DNA from: an uncultured delta proteobacterium
GTDB taxonomy: Bacteria; Desulfobacterota; Binatia; UBA9968
DNA length: 64,000 bases
Direction: 5' to 3'
NCBI GenBank assembly: GCA_963745835.1
Contig: CAVUZH010000020.1
Span: forward strand, 64,001-128,000
Every line of letters starts with the position of its first letter. Positions within the stretch are counted from its first letter, which is position 1. The position numbers were made by a program, and so were the translations under genes. The notes beneath the pieces were generated by a model. It had not been told where the DNA came from, did no database searches, and saw nothing but the letters and a program-made list of their open reading frames with translations. Below are positions 28,741-39,439 of the stretch, piece after piece.

Positions 28741-29374
28741 AGGCTTCGATGGAGACTTTCAATTTCGGGTCGGTGTCCGGGCCCCAAAGCTCTTGGGCGT
28801 CGAAGCGAACGGTGTAAAGCCACTGCGGATCCTCGCCCTTGCCGGAAGCTACGGAGTCCGGAAAGATGTGCGAGCCATGCAATCGCTCCACCACGCCGAC
28901 ACGGCCTCGCGCGTAGCGCGGCAGACGCGTGTGCGTCGTTGGATGAATGTTTTTCGTGCGCACCCGGTCGCCGACTTTGAATTGCGCGGGCGCCGGCGCG
29001 GGACGGCTGTACGATCCACGTTTCGTGACCTTTTCCACATCGGCCAGCGTGAATGGGCCTCGGGTTAAATTTTTAGCCGGACGCAGCGCCCGCCCGGCGG
29101 CGACTTCGTCGGCGTCGATGAGGCCGCGCTCGATGAGCAGATTTTGATTGCGCAGAAACCATTTCTCGTAGTAGGAGCGGGTCAAATAGAACGAGGGCGC
29201 CATCAATTCAATGGCATAACGGCTGGTGTCGATGGTCCAGGCGCGGAATACGCCGATGGCACGGCTCATCGCCAGCACGCGTCCTTCCCAACGATGATGA
29301 AATACCGGCTCGTTGGGCTCGGGCTCGACTTTGCCAAACCCGTCCATTCCGCCCATATCGTGAACGCCGTCCAT
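28715..29374 (-). CDS. nthB: Nitrile hydratase beta subunit
   Basis: MDGVHDMGG start, SYYEKW, HTRLPRYARG, FEPYLE. Confidence 0.95.
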   Translation of the reverse strand: MDGVHDMGGMDGFGKVEPEPNEPVFHHRWEGRVLAMSRAIGVFRAWTIDTSRYAIELMAPSFYLTRSYYEKWFLRNQNLLIERGLIDADEVAAGRALRPAKNLTRGPFTLADVEKVTKRGSYSRPAPAPAQFKVGDRVRTKNIHPTTHTRLPRYARGRVGVVERLHGSHIFPDSVASGKGEDPQWLYTVRFDAQELWGPDTDPKLKVSIEAFEPYLERV

Positions 29375-30000
29375 CAGGCCACCTCGCTTGGTTTCTTCGC
29401 CAGGCCGGCGCCGATCATGCTGTCGCGCGTGACCAATGCGGCGAGCTGAGCTTCGCTCCAGCCCTCGGTTCCCGCCGGCCGCATCGGCACGACCAGGTAG
29501 CGTGTCTCGGCGGTGGAGTCCCAAACTCGTATCTCGGTTTCGACCGGCAGCGCAACGCCGAAATCCGCCAGTACCGCGCGCGGCTCCTTGACGGCGCGCG
29601 AGCGATACGCAAACGACTTGTACCAGGCCGGCGGCAGGCCGAGCACGTCCGTCGGATAACAGGAGCACAAGGTGCACACGACCATATTGTGCAGCTGCGG
29701 CGTATTCTCGACAGCGATAAGATGCTCGCCGACGTTTCCTACTTGGTGCGCAAGCGTAGCAACTGCCTTGCTTGCGTCCTCGAGCAGCGCTTTGCGAAAC
29801 CCGGGATCGCTCCACGCTTTGGCGACCACCTGGGCGCCGATATGCGGCCCGATCTTGGTTTCATAGAGCTCGACGATGCGATCGAGCGCAGCGCTTTCGA
29901 TATAGCCCTTCTCGACGAGAATCGTCTCGAGGGCGCGCACCCGCAGCTCCATCTCTGAAAGATTGGAGCCTCCGCTTTGATCGTGATCATGTTTGGCCAT
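29374..30000 (-). CDS. nthA: Nitrile hydratase alpha subunit, cobalt type
   Basis: VCTLCSCY metal motif (Thr/Tyr indicates Co type), WYKS..YRSR, VWDSTAE. Confidence 0.95.
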   Translation of the reverse strand: MAKHDHDQSGGSNLSEMELRVRALETILVEKGYIESAALDRIVELYETKIGPHIGAQVVAKAWSDPGFRKALLEDASKAVATLAHQVGNVGEHLIAVENTPQLHNMVVCTLCSCYPTDVLGLPPAWYKSFAYRSRAVKEPRAVLADFGVALPVETEIRVWDSTAETRYLVVPMRPAGTEGWSEAQLAALVTRDSMIGAGLAKKPSEVA

Positions 30001-30339
30001 AGGCGAAATATAGCCAAGAAAGCTGACGTTGTGCAATCCGAATTGAAAGGCTACCCGCTATAATACTATCAGCGCAATCTGGCAGGTAGCAGAAGCCCGC
30101 CGCGCGTGTGCCGTAGGCATTGACGCTCTCGCCTAAATGGCCGCGCGGTTTTTCTGGCTGGCCTACGATCTGCGCGACAACATCGCCGAGCTGGATCTAA
30201 ATCCCGTGATGGTTCTGTCACAAGGCCAAGGCGCATTCGCCGTCGATGCGTTGGTGGTAATGCGCTAAGCCGTCGGCGTAGTACAAAAGTGAACCCAGAT
30301 TGCACCCGGGTTCGCTTTGATAAAGCAAATCTCAAGCTA

Positions 30340-31365
30340 TCAATTCTTGGGAACCATAACTTCCTTCAATCTGGTAAGCAGCGTAGGAGGAATTTTTGCA
30401 AAGCTCGAAATGATGGCGGTAGCTTCGTCGGTGCTAACTGGATCAATTTCCACTCGCGACTTTTGCGCTTCAGCAAGAAAGTCCGGATCTTTCATGGTTT
30501 CAGAAAACGCTTTCCTCAATACTGCAACGTTCTGTTTCGGTGTTCCGGGTGGAGCGGTAAAAATGGTGCTCACGGCGGCGGGATCCTGAATTCCGACCTC
30601 CAAGAGCTGTCGGGCCTCGTTTGTCTTCGCAATATTTACCGCCAAAGGGACACTAGATAGATCCTTATGTGGCTTCGCAACTACCTGCAGAAGGACGTTC
30701 ATGTTGGGCAACAATTTCTGCCACGTGGCTTTTGCGACTTCCCAGGGGACCCCACACATACCGTCCGCCTCGCCCGACTCGATTGCGAGCCTCGCCTCCG
30801 GACCTCCTTTGTAACCATCGATTAGCTGAAGCGGCAAGCCGGTTGCTGCGGAAAGAACCCTTGGCACATCGCTCGCCGGCGAGCCCGGTGCTAACCCGGT
30901 TAACTTTACCGGCCGCTTAGAGTTCATCCACGCGTCGAGAGTGGTGACGCCGGTTGATTTGTTTACAACACATACTTGAGTATTCCCTACGGGTACGCCG
31001 ATGACCTCGAACTTTGTCGGATCAAACTGTGTTCCTCCTGATCCCAGATATTGCTGAAGAGCAAGCCCGCCTTGCCAGCTGCCGATAGTCAGACCGTCGG
31101 GCTTAGCCTGGTGGTATAAATAAGTCACCCCGACCAGCCCGCCGGCGCCTGGCTTGTTCTCCACCAACGTACCCGGATTGCCGCTGATGTGCTTGCCAAT
31201 ATGCCTGGCCACAATACGTGTATAGGTATCCCAACCTCCACCTGGTGAAGAGGCAACTACAAAGCGAAGCGTTTGTCCTTCATAGAATCGTTCCGCCGCG
31301 CGGGCATATGGCATCTGTTGAAAGAAGAGCAACAGACTCACCACCAAGAGCAAAACTTTTTTCAT
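30340..31365 (-). CDS. Tripartite tricarboxylate transporter substrate-binding protein (TctC/Bug)
   Basis: SPGGGWDTYTR, VENKPGAGG, AKPDGLT, GYKGG. Confidence 0.88.
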   Translation of the reverse strand: MKKVLLLVVSLLLFFQQMPYARAAERFYEGQTLRFVVASSPGGGWDTYTRIVARHIGKHISGNPGTLVENKPGAGGLVGVTYLYHQAKPDGLTIGSWQGGLALQQYLGSGGTQFDPTKFEVIGVPVGNTQVCVVNKSTGVTTLDAWMNSKRPVKLTGLAPGSPASDVPRVLSAATGLPLQLIDGYKGGPEARLAIESGEADGMCGVPWEVAKATWQKLLPNMNVLLQVVAKPHKDLSSVPLAVNIAKTNEARQLLEVGIQDPAAVSTIFTAPPGTPKQNVAVLRKAFSETMKDPDFLAEAQKSRVEIDPVSTDEATAIISSFAKIPPTLLTRLKEVMVPKN

Positions 31366-31393
31366 GGTTGTCTCCTGTAACGCAGGTTGGCAA

Positions 31394-32242
31394 TTACTGC
31401 CTGCATAGCTCACTCCACCAATTTGCCACTTCGGAACAAGTTGCCGGCCACACGCCCGGTTGATTCAAAGCGCGCCTCAAGAAATTCTCGAGTTCCGCAA
31501 GCGGCGCAGGCCTCCCAACGAGGAACGGATGACAAGCTAAGGTTATCAACTTGGGCTGCGCGAGTGATTCTTCATAGAGTACATCGAATTCGTCAGTCCA
31601 AACTTCAAACAACTCTCGAGCCGATCCTCGTGGGCTGGGAAGGTAGTACATATGTTTGTCGTAGGTCCACATGGACGCCGGTATTTCGACGATTTTGCGG
31701 CCTGCGACGTCAAGAATGTACGGCACCTCGCTATTGAGAAGATCGCTGTCCCAAGCAAAGCCGCGTTCCGCCAGCAGGCGAAGGGTATTATCGCTTATTT
31801 TAAAATCCGGACAGCGCCAGCCTGTGGGCCGTTTTCCGGTAGCCTTTTCGATAGCAGCGATTGACCGGTCGATGACATCAGCTTCTTGCTCGGCAGAAAG
31901 TGCCCAGAGGTTCTCATAGCTATAGGTAAAACCAGCTATGTCGTGACCGCGATCGCCAATCTCCTTGATTGTCTGACCGTACTTTTCGGCCGTCACACCA
32001 CAGACAAAAAAAGTCGCGCGGATGTGAGTCCGATCCAAGACATCAAGTAAGTTCCACACGCCGCGCCGGGCGCCGTATTGGTGTGTCGTCATGTAGAGGT
32101 AATTTGGGTTTCCGCCAGGATTGACAGGGGCCGCCTCGCCGGACTCGAAGTTAAAGGTCAGGCACAATGCAAGCCTCTCCTTCTGAGGCCAACGCGGCGA
32201 CCCGGCGAGGATTTCAGATATTTCCGAATCCATTATTTGCAT
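31394..32242 (-). CDS. Polysaccharide deacetylase-fold hydrolase (PuuE/HP0310-like)
   Basis: YGARRGVWNLL, ATFFV, GWRCP, HPFLVGRP. Confidence 0.82.
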   Translation of the reverse strand: MQIMDSEISEILAGSPRWPQKERLALCLTFNFESGEAAPVNPGGNPNYLYMTTHQYGARRGVWNLLDVLDRTHIRATFFVCGVTAEKYGQTIKEIGDRGHDIAGFTYSYENLWALSAEQEADVIDRSIAAIEKATGKRPTGWRCPDFKISDNTLRLLAERGFAWDSDLLNSEVPYILDVAGRKIVEIPASMWTYDKHMYYLPSPRGSARELFEVWTDEFDVLYEESLAQPKLITLACHPFLVGRPAPLAELENFLRRALNQPGVWPATCSEVANWWSELCRQ

Positions 32243-32252
32243 GGGAACTCTC

Positions 32253-33158
32253 CTAATAGCTGGGCAGAGCGTCGGTCTGCAGGCAGAAGTCATCTGACAT
32301 TCGGGTCGAATCCGCACAAAGCGTCTTCCACCAGGCAGCCAACTCGCTGTAAGTAGCGAACCACACTCGATCGTCCTGTTGCGCGTATTCGAGAAAGTCG
32401 TCGAAGGCTTTGGCGTTCGCGGGATGTCCGGTCAGGTAATCATGCATGCAAAAGGTCATCATTCGCGGTTTTCCGGAGGGATGATTCAGACAAGCATCAA
32501 GCTCGGCCTTCCAGGAGTCCAGCGCGTTCTTCGGTGATCTGAACTTACCCAAGATGTAAGAAGGAGCGGTGATTCCGCCCCCGATAAAATTGACATCGTT
32601 GTTGATACTGAAAGGAATTTCTACCAGAGTTTTACCGTTGTCGAAGCTTAGCAAATAAGGATAATCGTCGTTCCACATACTGCTGTCCCACTCCAAGCCC
32701 ATTTTGGCGGCAATATGAAGGGTGCGACGACTGGCCGCGCAGCTTCGCGAGCCACGCGGGCGTGTGCCCGATGATCTTTCCAAGGTCCCAAGTGTTTTTT
32801 GGAATACTTCTTCTTCGCCTTCGTCGCTCAGCGTCCATAACACTTCATGAAAAAAACCATGGCCCGCAATGTCGTGCCCGCCGTCCACGATCGCTTTAGA
32901 CGCCTCCGGGTATCTCTCGCCCGAGTTGCCGCAGACAAAGAACGTGGCTTTAATGCGCCGCTTCTCCAATATTTTCAGCAGCCGCCATATCCCTATCTTG
33001 GCTCCGTACTGACGGTTGCTCTGATCTTGCGAATCCTTGGTCCCGTCGGAATTCTTATAACAGATCGCATCGCCTTCTTGGTGAATCGTCGGCAGAAGAG
33101 CAACCATCTTGTTTCCGGGCCAGGTGATCGGTCTATCCGGCAATATTTCTCTGATCAT
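32253..33158 (-). CDS. Polysaccharide deacetylase-fold hydrolase (PuuE-like)
   Basis: YGAKIGIWRLL, GHDIAGHGFFH, DDYPY, MHDYLTGHP. Confidence 0.85.
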   Translation of the reverse strand: MIREILPDRPITWPGNKMVALLPTIHQEGDAICYKNSDGTKDSQDQSNRQYGAKIGIWRLLKILEKRRIKATFFVCGNSGERYPEASKAIVDGGHDIAGHGFFHEVLWTLSDEGEEEVFQKTLGTLERSSGTRPRGSRSCAASRRTLHIAAKMGLEWDSSMWNDDYPYLLSFDNGKTLVEIPFSINNDVNFIGGGITAPSYILGKFRSPKNALDSWKAELDACLNHPSGKPRMMTFCMHDYLTGHPANAKAFDDFLEYAQQDDRVWFATYSELAAWWKTLCADSTRMSDDFCLQTDALPSY

Positions 33159-33231
33159 AGGTTTCCTCCAATTCGCTGCTAGATGTTCTCAACTTGTGCG
33201 AATAAATGTATCGTGGCCAGTTCTGATATTT

Positions 33232-33810
33232 TTACTGGCGCTTTCGCTTGCCGCGCGTGCCACCGAAAGATTTCGGATCGCGTTTCGCCACAGAGGTTTC
33301 AATACGCCGCTCGTCCTGTGACAATTTAATGATGATGTCTGTGGCGGACGCTATATGCCGCCTGGCTAGCCGCTCCGCTGCGTTCGGATCGTGAGACCGA
33401 ATGGCATGGAAAATTTCGTCATGCTCTTGAAAAGCCTTTTTGAGCCTGTCTTGTGTGCTCAGCAATAACGGGTGAAATCTCTGAATCGAAAGCCGGATAT
33501 TTGCCATCAATCCGATGAGTCGGCTGTTTCGACTTGCCTTGAAGATCTCCTCGTGAAATGCACCGTGATGAACCAACCAGCCATCAGCATCGTGCTGCCG
33601 CACGCATTTCTCCATTTTGTTGATCAAAGCAGCCAGGACTTCCAAGACATCATTCGCCGCTCGCTCTGCCGCAAGCCGTGCGGCTAGTCCGTCTAACATT
33701 TCGCGCAGTCATAGAGCTCGATGGCCTGTTCTAACTTGAGATCGACGACCCTGAATCCGCGGCGCGGCAGCACCGCGATTAGGCCCTCCTGTTCGAGTTT
33801 CATTAAGGAA
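33232..33810 (-). pseudogene. GntR/FCD transcriptional regulator, frameshifted and apparently 5'-truncated
   Basis: KLEQEGLIAVLPRRGFRV..ELYD/REMLDGLAARLAA..FHEEI..EHDEI..HI. Confidence 0.75.
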
Positions 33811-34451
33811 CTGCACGCGAATTGCGAAGACCTTCCGTTGCACGCACATACATGAATGCACCCATCTCTTCTATGTTGCTAAAGCAGCATCTGGAGAATG
33901 ACAGGCGAGTAGGGTTGGGTGGGCTCGCTATCCGATGGACCTATCCCAAACCTGCACACCTGTTCTGTTCCATATCAGGGGTGGTGCCAATGAACAACGG
34001 CTGGCGTAGGCATCAGCACTGCCGGTGTTAAGATCCATTCATCAGTCTTGTTCTACGATTTTCTGTTGTCGCGAATATGCATGGATATCATGAGGGCGCG
34101 ACACAGCATTCTCCTCCGGCCCGATGTCACCGTTCCCTATTGAAGTCATACAAGCTGCTGCCGTTAGATGCGCAGACAGTTAAAACTTTAATCGTTACGT
34201 CGCGCAGTTCCGCGAGCTTCTCAGGCCGCGCTCGTGAATCGCTGGAAAGAAATTTATTGATAAGGCTTGTAACTATCGGCCGATGAACTTCGCATCACTT
34301 TCGCGCCCTCGCTGAACTGATCGCCAGCGTATTCTCCCATCTCTCCACTTCCACGAACTGAATTCGCTATGCTGTTTCTACTGTTAGACTGACCGTCAAC
34401 CCCTTACCACAGCGACTTCATCGGAGAGAATGATGAGGCGGGCTACAAGCT

Positions 34452-35816
34452 TTAGAGTTTGCTGGTCGCAAGCACTTCCTCGGCGGCGCGCAGGCCGCTC
34501 TCGACCGCGCCGTTCATGTAGCCCTGCCAGGTCGTGCTCGTGTGCTCGCCGGCAAAGAACACGCGTTTCCATGGGAGCGCGAGCAAGCGGCGAGCCGACG
34601 GTGGAAATGAGGAGTCGAAGAACGCGTAAGCGCCGCGCGCCCACGGATCGTCTTCCCAGCTAATGCTATGTGAAGCGATGAGCCGGGCGCGACCGATGCC
34701 GAAGAATCCCTGTTGTCTTGCAATTCCTTCGGCGCCTTCGGCTGCCAGCAGCGCTTTGGTCGCATTGCTGGCGCTGCCGCCGGCGAGCAGGGTCAGAATG
34801 CCGCGTGGTCCGCGCTGGTCTTCGCTGCTGTCCCACACCGCGCCGATATCAAGGTCGGTCGCGCACGCGCGCGGCCGTCCGGACCCGCGCCATGCATGAC
34901 GATCGAACTGAAGCAGGGTTTTTGTGGCACGCCCGTAGCGAAGCCTGGTGAAGGCGTTCAGTTGCGCAGCCGGCAGAGCCGGCGCGTATTCAATCTCGGC
35001 CGCAAGCGGCGCGGGGACCGCGACGATAGCATAGTCACCGGTGATCTCCGTTCGCCGCCCGCGCATGTTCTCGACCGTGACACGAACCGAGCTTTTGTTC
35101 TGGACGATGCGCCGGGCGGCCTGCTGAAGGCGCACCGGGGCGTGCAGCGCGCGCGCCATGCGCTCCGGCAGACGATCGTTGCCGCCGCGGAGCCGGTACA
35201 TGGTGCGTTTGGCGGGATCATCCCCCGCGGCGAACTGCTCGACGTATACCAGCAACGACAGCTCGTCCGGGTCGGCGAGAAAAAACCCGCGCATCGTAGT
35301 CGCGGTGGCGCGCAGATCGGCCATCGCGGCAGTCATTGCCTTTCGATCGCCTCCTGCGAAACTCTTATCAGCGGCCTGATCCAGCCAATCTGTGATCGAT
35401 TGCTTTGCGATCGCACCCGCGATCGGCCCGCTCCATTCTTCTCCGTTAAGCTTGTAAGCGCGCGCCAGCGGTTCGAGCGCCCGTGCCGTCCGGCGCCAGC
35501 CGCTGGAAGACGAGCGCATGCGCCGGCGGCCGTCACTGCCGAGGCGATAATGTGAGAAGCCGCTCCGGAGAATCCGCGTCTCTTGGATACCCAGCTCGGC
35601 TGCGAGCTTGCGGATCTCCTCCTGGTCGTCGTCGATCAGATCGCCGCCCGCTTCCGCGTGCATGCCGCCGAAGCCATCACGCAACGTCCACACGCGGCCG
35701 CCGACACGGTCGCGCGCCTCGACGACAATGACGCCGCAGCCGCGCCGCTCGAGCTCGCGCGCCGCGGCCAGCCCCGCGAGCCCGGCGCCGACGATCAGAA
35801 CGAATGGTCTTGCCAC
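34452..35816 (-). CDS. Flavin-dependent amine oxidase family protein
   Basis: GAGLAGLAAA, EARDRVGGR, WARGAY, FAGEHT..GYMNGAVESG. Confidence 0.92.
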   Translation of the reverse strand: MARPFVLIVGAGLAGLAAARELERRGCGVIVVEARDRVGGRVWTLRDGFGGMHAEAGGDLIDDDQEEIRKLAAELGIQETRILRSGFSHYRLGSDGRRRMRSSSSGWRRTARALEPLARAYKLNGEEWSGPIAGAIAKQSITDWLDQAADKSFAGGDRKAMTAAMADLRATATTMRGFFLADPDELSLLVYVEQFAAGDDPAKRTMYRLRGGNDRLPERMARALHAPVRLQQAARRIVQNKSSVRVTVENMRGRRTEITGDYAIVAVPAPLAAEIEYAPALPAAQLNAFTRLRYGRATKTLLQFDRHAWRGSGRPRACATDLDIGAVWDSSEDQRGPRGILTLLAGGSASNATKALLAAEGAEGIARQQGFFGIGRARLIASHSISWEDDPWARGAYAFFDSSFPPSARRLLALPWKRVFFAGEHTSTTWQGYMNGAVESGLRAAEEVLATSKL

Positions 35817-35949
35817 AGTGTCACTTCCTGCGGTGTGGTTGCGGGCACGCGTTTACCGATTTGGTGCCGGGCGCTCGTGTTGACTTGGTTGGATGCGCTG
35901 CAATCGATTCACAGATCCTTGATTAGTATCCCTCTGTAACAATGAGCCA

Positions 35950-36471
35950 TCACTTTCCAAGTTGGATCTTGATTTTACCGGCCAATTCTTCCGGCAATTG
36001 GTCGCGGTTCTTTCGCGTCACCTCGATAATCTCGAGATCGCTTCTACGCTTGATCTGCTCTATAAGCCCATTGCCTTTTTTGCTGATCGTTGCAAGGAGA
36101 TTTGTCGGTTGAGCGAGGAGTTCGATGATCCTGATTCTGAATTGACTAGATAAAAGCTCCATCTTGCCGATCTCGTCGATTACATAAAGATCAACCAGCG
36201 TGGTAACCGGGTCAAGATAGCGCAAGACAAGCTTCTCGAATTCTTCAACGTGGATCGAATATTTTCCGACTGTGGGCTGTTGTTTCCCTGAGGACGCCAG
36301 GGTTGCCGTGTGGCCGTCCAGAGTAGCAATTCGAAAGCCTGTTCTTTGTCCGCTTTGCCTTATTTCCTCGGTATAAAAACCAGCGGACGTGATTCCTTCC
36401 AGCCGCTCTACAACCGCGCGAATCAGCGTGGTCTTTCCCACGCCCGGATTTCCGGTCAGGAACAATCTCAT
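35950..36471 (-). CDS. Nucleoside-triphosphatase (NTPase_1/THEP1 family)
   Basis: LTGNPGVGKTT, GFYTEEIR, VGKY, IDEIGKME. Confidence 0.9.
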   Translation of the reverse strand: MRLFLTGNPGVGKTTLIRAVVERLEGITSAGFYTEEIRQSGQRTGFRIATLDGHTATLASSGKQQPTVGKYSIHVEEFEKLVLRYLDPVTTLVDLYVIDEIGKMELLSSQFRIRIIELLAQPTNLLATISKKGNGLIEQIKRRSDLEIIEVTRKNRDQLPEELAGKIKIQLGK

Positions 36472-36762
36472 CCCTCGCTCCGCTTGGTGTGCACGCACGC
36501 ATGATGCTTGAAGACGGACGTACAGGTTTACAGCTATTTTATGCCGGCGATCAAGCTTAGCTCCGGTGGACAACTTTTTTTGATTGCGATAAATCAGTTG
36601 GTATCGATTGGTCATTCCGGCGATAGTCGGACGAGCCGGACTCCGGGAGTCTTTGTAGGGCGTATAGCATCCGTTCTGCTGATTGCCGGTCCCGCGCGGA
36701 ATGACGAGAATAGCCTTGCAGCTAGGTCGATAATGCTCTAACGGCAGCTGCTCATACCCATA

Positions 36763-37944
36763 ATGATTTCTGGAGCGCTCGAAGATTTTGTTTGCATCGA
36801 CGTTAGCGGACACGTCGCGGGGCCTTATGCGGGAAGCCTCTTGGGCGATCTCGGCTGTGATGTGATCAAAGTCGAACTGCCTGGCGGCGGCGATACCCAC
36901 CGCGGGCGCAATCCAAAATACGAAGGTTATGGGCCGAGCTTTCGCGCGCTTAATCGCAATAAGAAAAGCGTCACACTGGATTTGCGACAGAGAAGAGGAC
37001 GCGAGATTCTGTCACAACTGCTAACCACGGCCGACATCTTTCTGGAAAACTTCCGCCCGCCGACAAGGAACAAACTAGGGCTCGACTATGAAGAGCTGGC
37101 GAAGATAAATCCCAAGATGGTTCACTGTTCGATTTCCGGCTATGGCCAGAGCGGGCCTTATCGCGACAAGCCCGGGTTCGACACAATCGGTCAGGCGCTC
37201 AGCGGCATGATGAGCCTGGTCACCGATCTCGATGATCCGAAAGTCGCCGGCATCTCGTTCGTGGATCACTGCGCCGGGATCTTCGCCGCTCACGGGATTA
37301 TGGCCGCTCTCTTGGCGCGCGTGAAAACCGGAATTGGCCAGTTCATCGACGTTTCGCTTCTGCAGGTCGCGACCGCTTTCATTGAATCTCACGTGGCGGA
37401 TTATTTAAACGGCGGGGAGGCGGTCTCACGCGAGAATTTCCCCAAGGGTCGGATCTATAGTCTGCTCGGCTCCGACAAGAAGCCCTTCATGGTTCACCTG
37501 TCGGGGCACAACCAGGCTTGGGAAGGATTGCTCCAGGCGGCGGAACTGGATTCTTTGATCGGCGATTCGCGCTTTGCTTCCCGCAAGCAGCGCACGGACA
37601 GGCACGAGGAGATCGTCAGGATTCTCCGCCAGCAGTTTGCCGGGAAACCGCGCGACTACTGGTTGCGCCGATTGGACGCCAACAGTATTCCCAATGCGCC
37701 GATCAACACGATCGCCGAAGTGTTCGAGAATCCGCAGATCAAGCACCTGGGAATTCCACGACAGATCGCGCATCCGCAAATGGGCCTGACCAATCTGGTC
37801 GGCAGCCCGATTAACTTATCCGGTACGCCGGCGCAGTTTTATCGACCGGCGCCGCTGCTCGGCGAACACACCGAAGAAGTGCTGGGACAATTGGGATATG
37901 ACAGCGCAGCTCTCAAAGAGCTGCGTGATGAAGGCATAATATAG
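36763..37944 (+). CDS. CoA transferase family III (CaiB/BaiF)
   Basis: AGPYA..LGDLG.DVIKVE, NRNKKS, ENFRP, SGYGQSGP, APLLGEHT. Confidence 0.93.
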   Translation: MISGALEDFVCIDVSGHVAGPYAGSLLGDLGCDVIKVELPGGGDTHRGRNPKYEGYGPSFRALNRNKKSVTLDLRQRRGREILSQLLTTADIFLENFRPPTRNKLGLDYEELAKINPKMVHCSISGYGQSGPYRDKPGFDTIGQALSGMMSLVTDLDDPKVAGISFVDHCAGIFAAHGIMAALLARVKTGIGQFIDVSLLQVATAFIESHVADYLNGGEAVSRENFPKGRIYSLLGSDKKPFMVHLSGHNQAWEGLLQAAELDSLIGDSRFASRKQRTDRHEEIVRILRQQFAGKPRDYWLRRLDANSIPNAPINTIAEVFENPQIKHLGIPRQIAHPQMGLTNLVGSPINLSGTPAQFYRPAPLLGEHTEEVLGQLGYDSAALKELRDEGII

Positions 37945-37958
37945 TTGAGATATTTGTG

Positions 37959-38084
37959 CAGACCGTTCAAAGAGACCCAGATACGAGGCGCGCGAAGCTC
38001 GATGAGCTGAGACGTACGTTTGAGTACGTTGAAGCGAGTCGAGCAAGCGCAACGAAGTAGATGAAGCTTTTTTTCAACGGTCTG
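37959..38084. mobile_element. MITE-like element
   Basis: 126 bp, non-coding; ends CAGACCGTTCAAAGA and TTTTTCAACGGTCTG form an imperfect inverted repeat. Confidence 0.6.
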
Positions 38085-38097
38085 AAAGGAGAAACAA

Positions 38098-39312
38098 ATG
38101 GATTTTAATGTGTCAGGAGACCCGCCCCACGTAGTCGAATTCAGAAAGGAAGTCGCGGCCTGGATGGCCGAACAGTTTGCCGGTCACGAGCACCTGCGCT
38201 GGTCGGCCTCATGGTCGACCCGCGAGGACCAAGACGAATATAAGTTTCGCCGCGGGCTGGCCGAGAAGCTCGGCGCCAAAGGCTGGCTGTTTCCGATCTA
38301 TCCTAAAAAGTACGGCGGCGCAGACTTGACCATCGACCATCAGATGGTGCTCGAGACCGAGCTGTTCAAGTACGGGCTCAATCTTTCACACGTATTCTAC
38401 ACCCTGGCTCGTATCGTGGCGCCGGTGCTAATTCGCTGGGGAACCGAAGAACAGAAAAGCGAATTTCTCGAGCCGATTACGCGAGCGCAGATCTGCGTCT
38501 GGCAGGTGCTCACCGAGCCGCACGGCGGCAGCGACATCGCCAATTGTCAGACCAAGGCGATCCGCGACGGCGATGATTATGTCGTCAATGGGCAGAAAGT
38601 CATGGTCGGCCATCATCTGCCGCCGGATTATCTCTGGACACTGGTCTGCACCACGCCCGGCGGCAAGCGCCATGAGAACCTTGCCTGGCTGCACGTCCCG
38701 GCAAATCTTCCGGGTATTACGATCCAGCACATGCATATGATGATGGGCATCAAGAACTCCGTCTTTTTCGACAATGTCCGCGTGCCGGCAAAATACTTGA
38801 TCGGTGGCGAGAACAACGGTTGGAAAGTCGCCAGCACCCACATGGAGCTCGAACATGGGGGCGACGGCCGTATCGCGGCGGATCCTCTGATTGAAAGAGT
38901 GGTCGAATACTGCCGCAATACGCATATCGACGGCAAACCGATCATGGAAGATCCGCGAGTGCGCGATCTGATCGCCGAAATGACGATCGAGTTGAATACG
39001 CTGAGGCGCTTCAACCAGCTCATCTACTGGCGGCGTTTCGCGAAGAAGCCGCATCCCTACGGCGGGCCGCAGCAGCGCTACTATCAGCGCATGCTGCGCC
39101 TGCGTAACGGCGAACGCTTGCAAGCGATCATGGGCGCCGATGCTCTCGAGCAGAATTTGTCGGTGCATGAAGTCGTCGATTTCGAATACGCCGTGCGCAC
39201 GGGTCCCGGACAGCTGCACGGCGGCGGCACATTGGATACCGATCGATTGATCTTCGCCCGCCGTCTCGGCCTGGGCCGGCCGACGACGGAGAAGGCGCCG
39301 GAGACGGATTAG
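38098..39312 (+). CDS. Acyl-CoA dehydrogenase family protein
   Basis: LTEPHGGSD, NGQK, FFDNVRVP, GENNGW, GGGT. Confidence 0.9.
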   Translation: MDFNVSGDPPHVVEFRKEVAAWMAEQFAGHEHLRWSASWSTREDQDEYKFRRGLAEKLGAKGWLFPIYPKKYGGADLTIDHQMVLETELFKYGLNLSHVFYTLARIVAPVLIRWGTEEQKSEFLEPITRAQICVWQVLTEPHGGSDIANCQTKAIRDGDDYVVNGQKVMVGHHLPPDYLWTLVCTTPGGKRHENLAWLHVPANLPGITIQHMHMMMGIKNSVFFDNVRVPAKYLIGGENNGWKVASTHMELEHGGDGRIAADPLIERVVEYCRNTHIDGKPIMEDPRVRDLIAEMTIELNTLRRFNQLIYWRRFAKKPHPYGGPQQRYYQRMLRLRNGERLQAIMGADALEQNLSVHEVVDFEYAVRTGPGQLHGGGTLDTDRLIFARRLGLGRPTTEKAPETD

Positions 39313-39439
39313 ACGACATGCAAAACTGTTCGTCCTCACGTGTGAAACTTTTGAGACGACTGGAACGGCTGGAACAAACAGCAACTTTTCGTTCCAAAAG
39401 TTCCAATCGTTCCAGTTGTTCCAATACTAGGAGAAGCTG

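Noticed and set aside
29375-29815. N-terminal extension of nthB (likewise 36472-36900 for the NTPase and 5533-5700 for VapC)
   Set aside because: They overlap neighbouring genes; family-typical starts lie downstream.
33822-34400. Possible genes or remnants between gntR and the amine oxidase (also 41945-42200, 48110-48430)
   Set aside because: Only short ORFs with no recognisable motif; they cannot be supported without a search.
38428-39384. Long antisense ORFs (also 45178-46200, 34713-35555, 16949-17674, 22436-23155)
   Set aside because: Shadows of well-supported genes on the opposite strand in GC-rich DNA.
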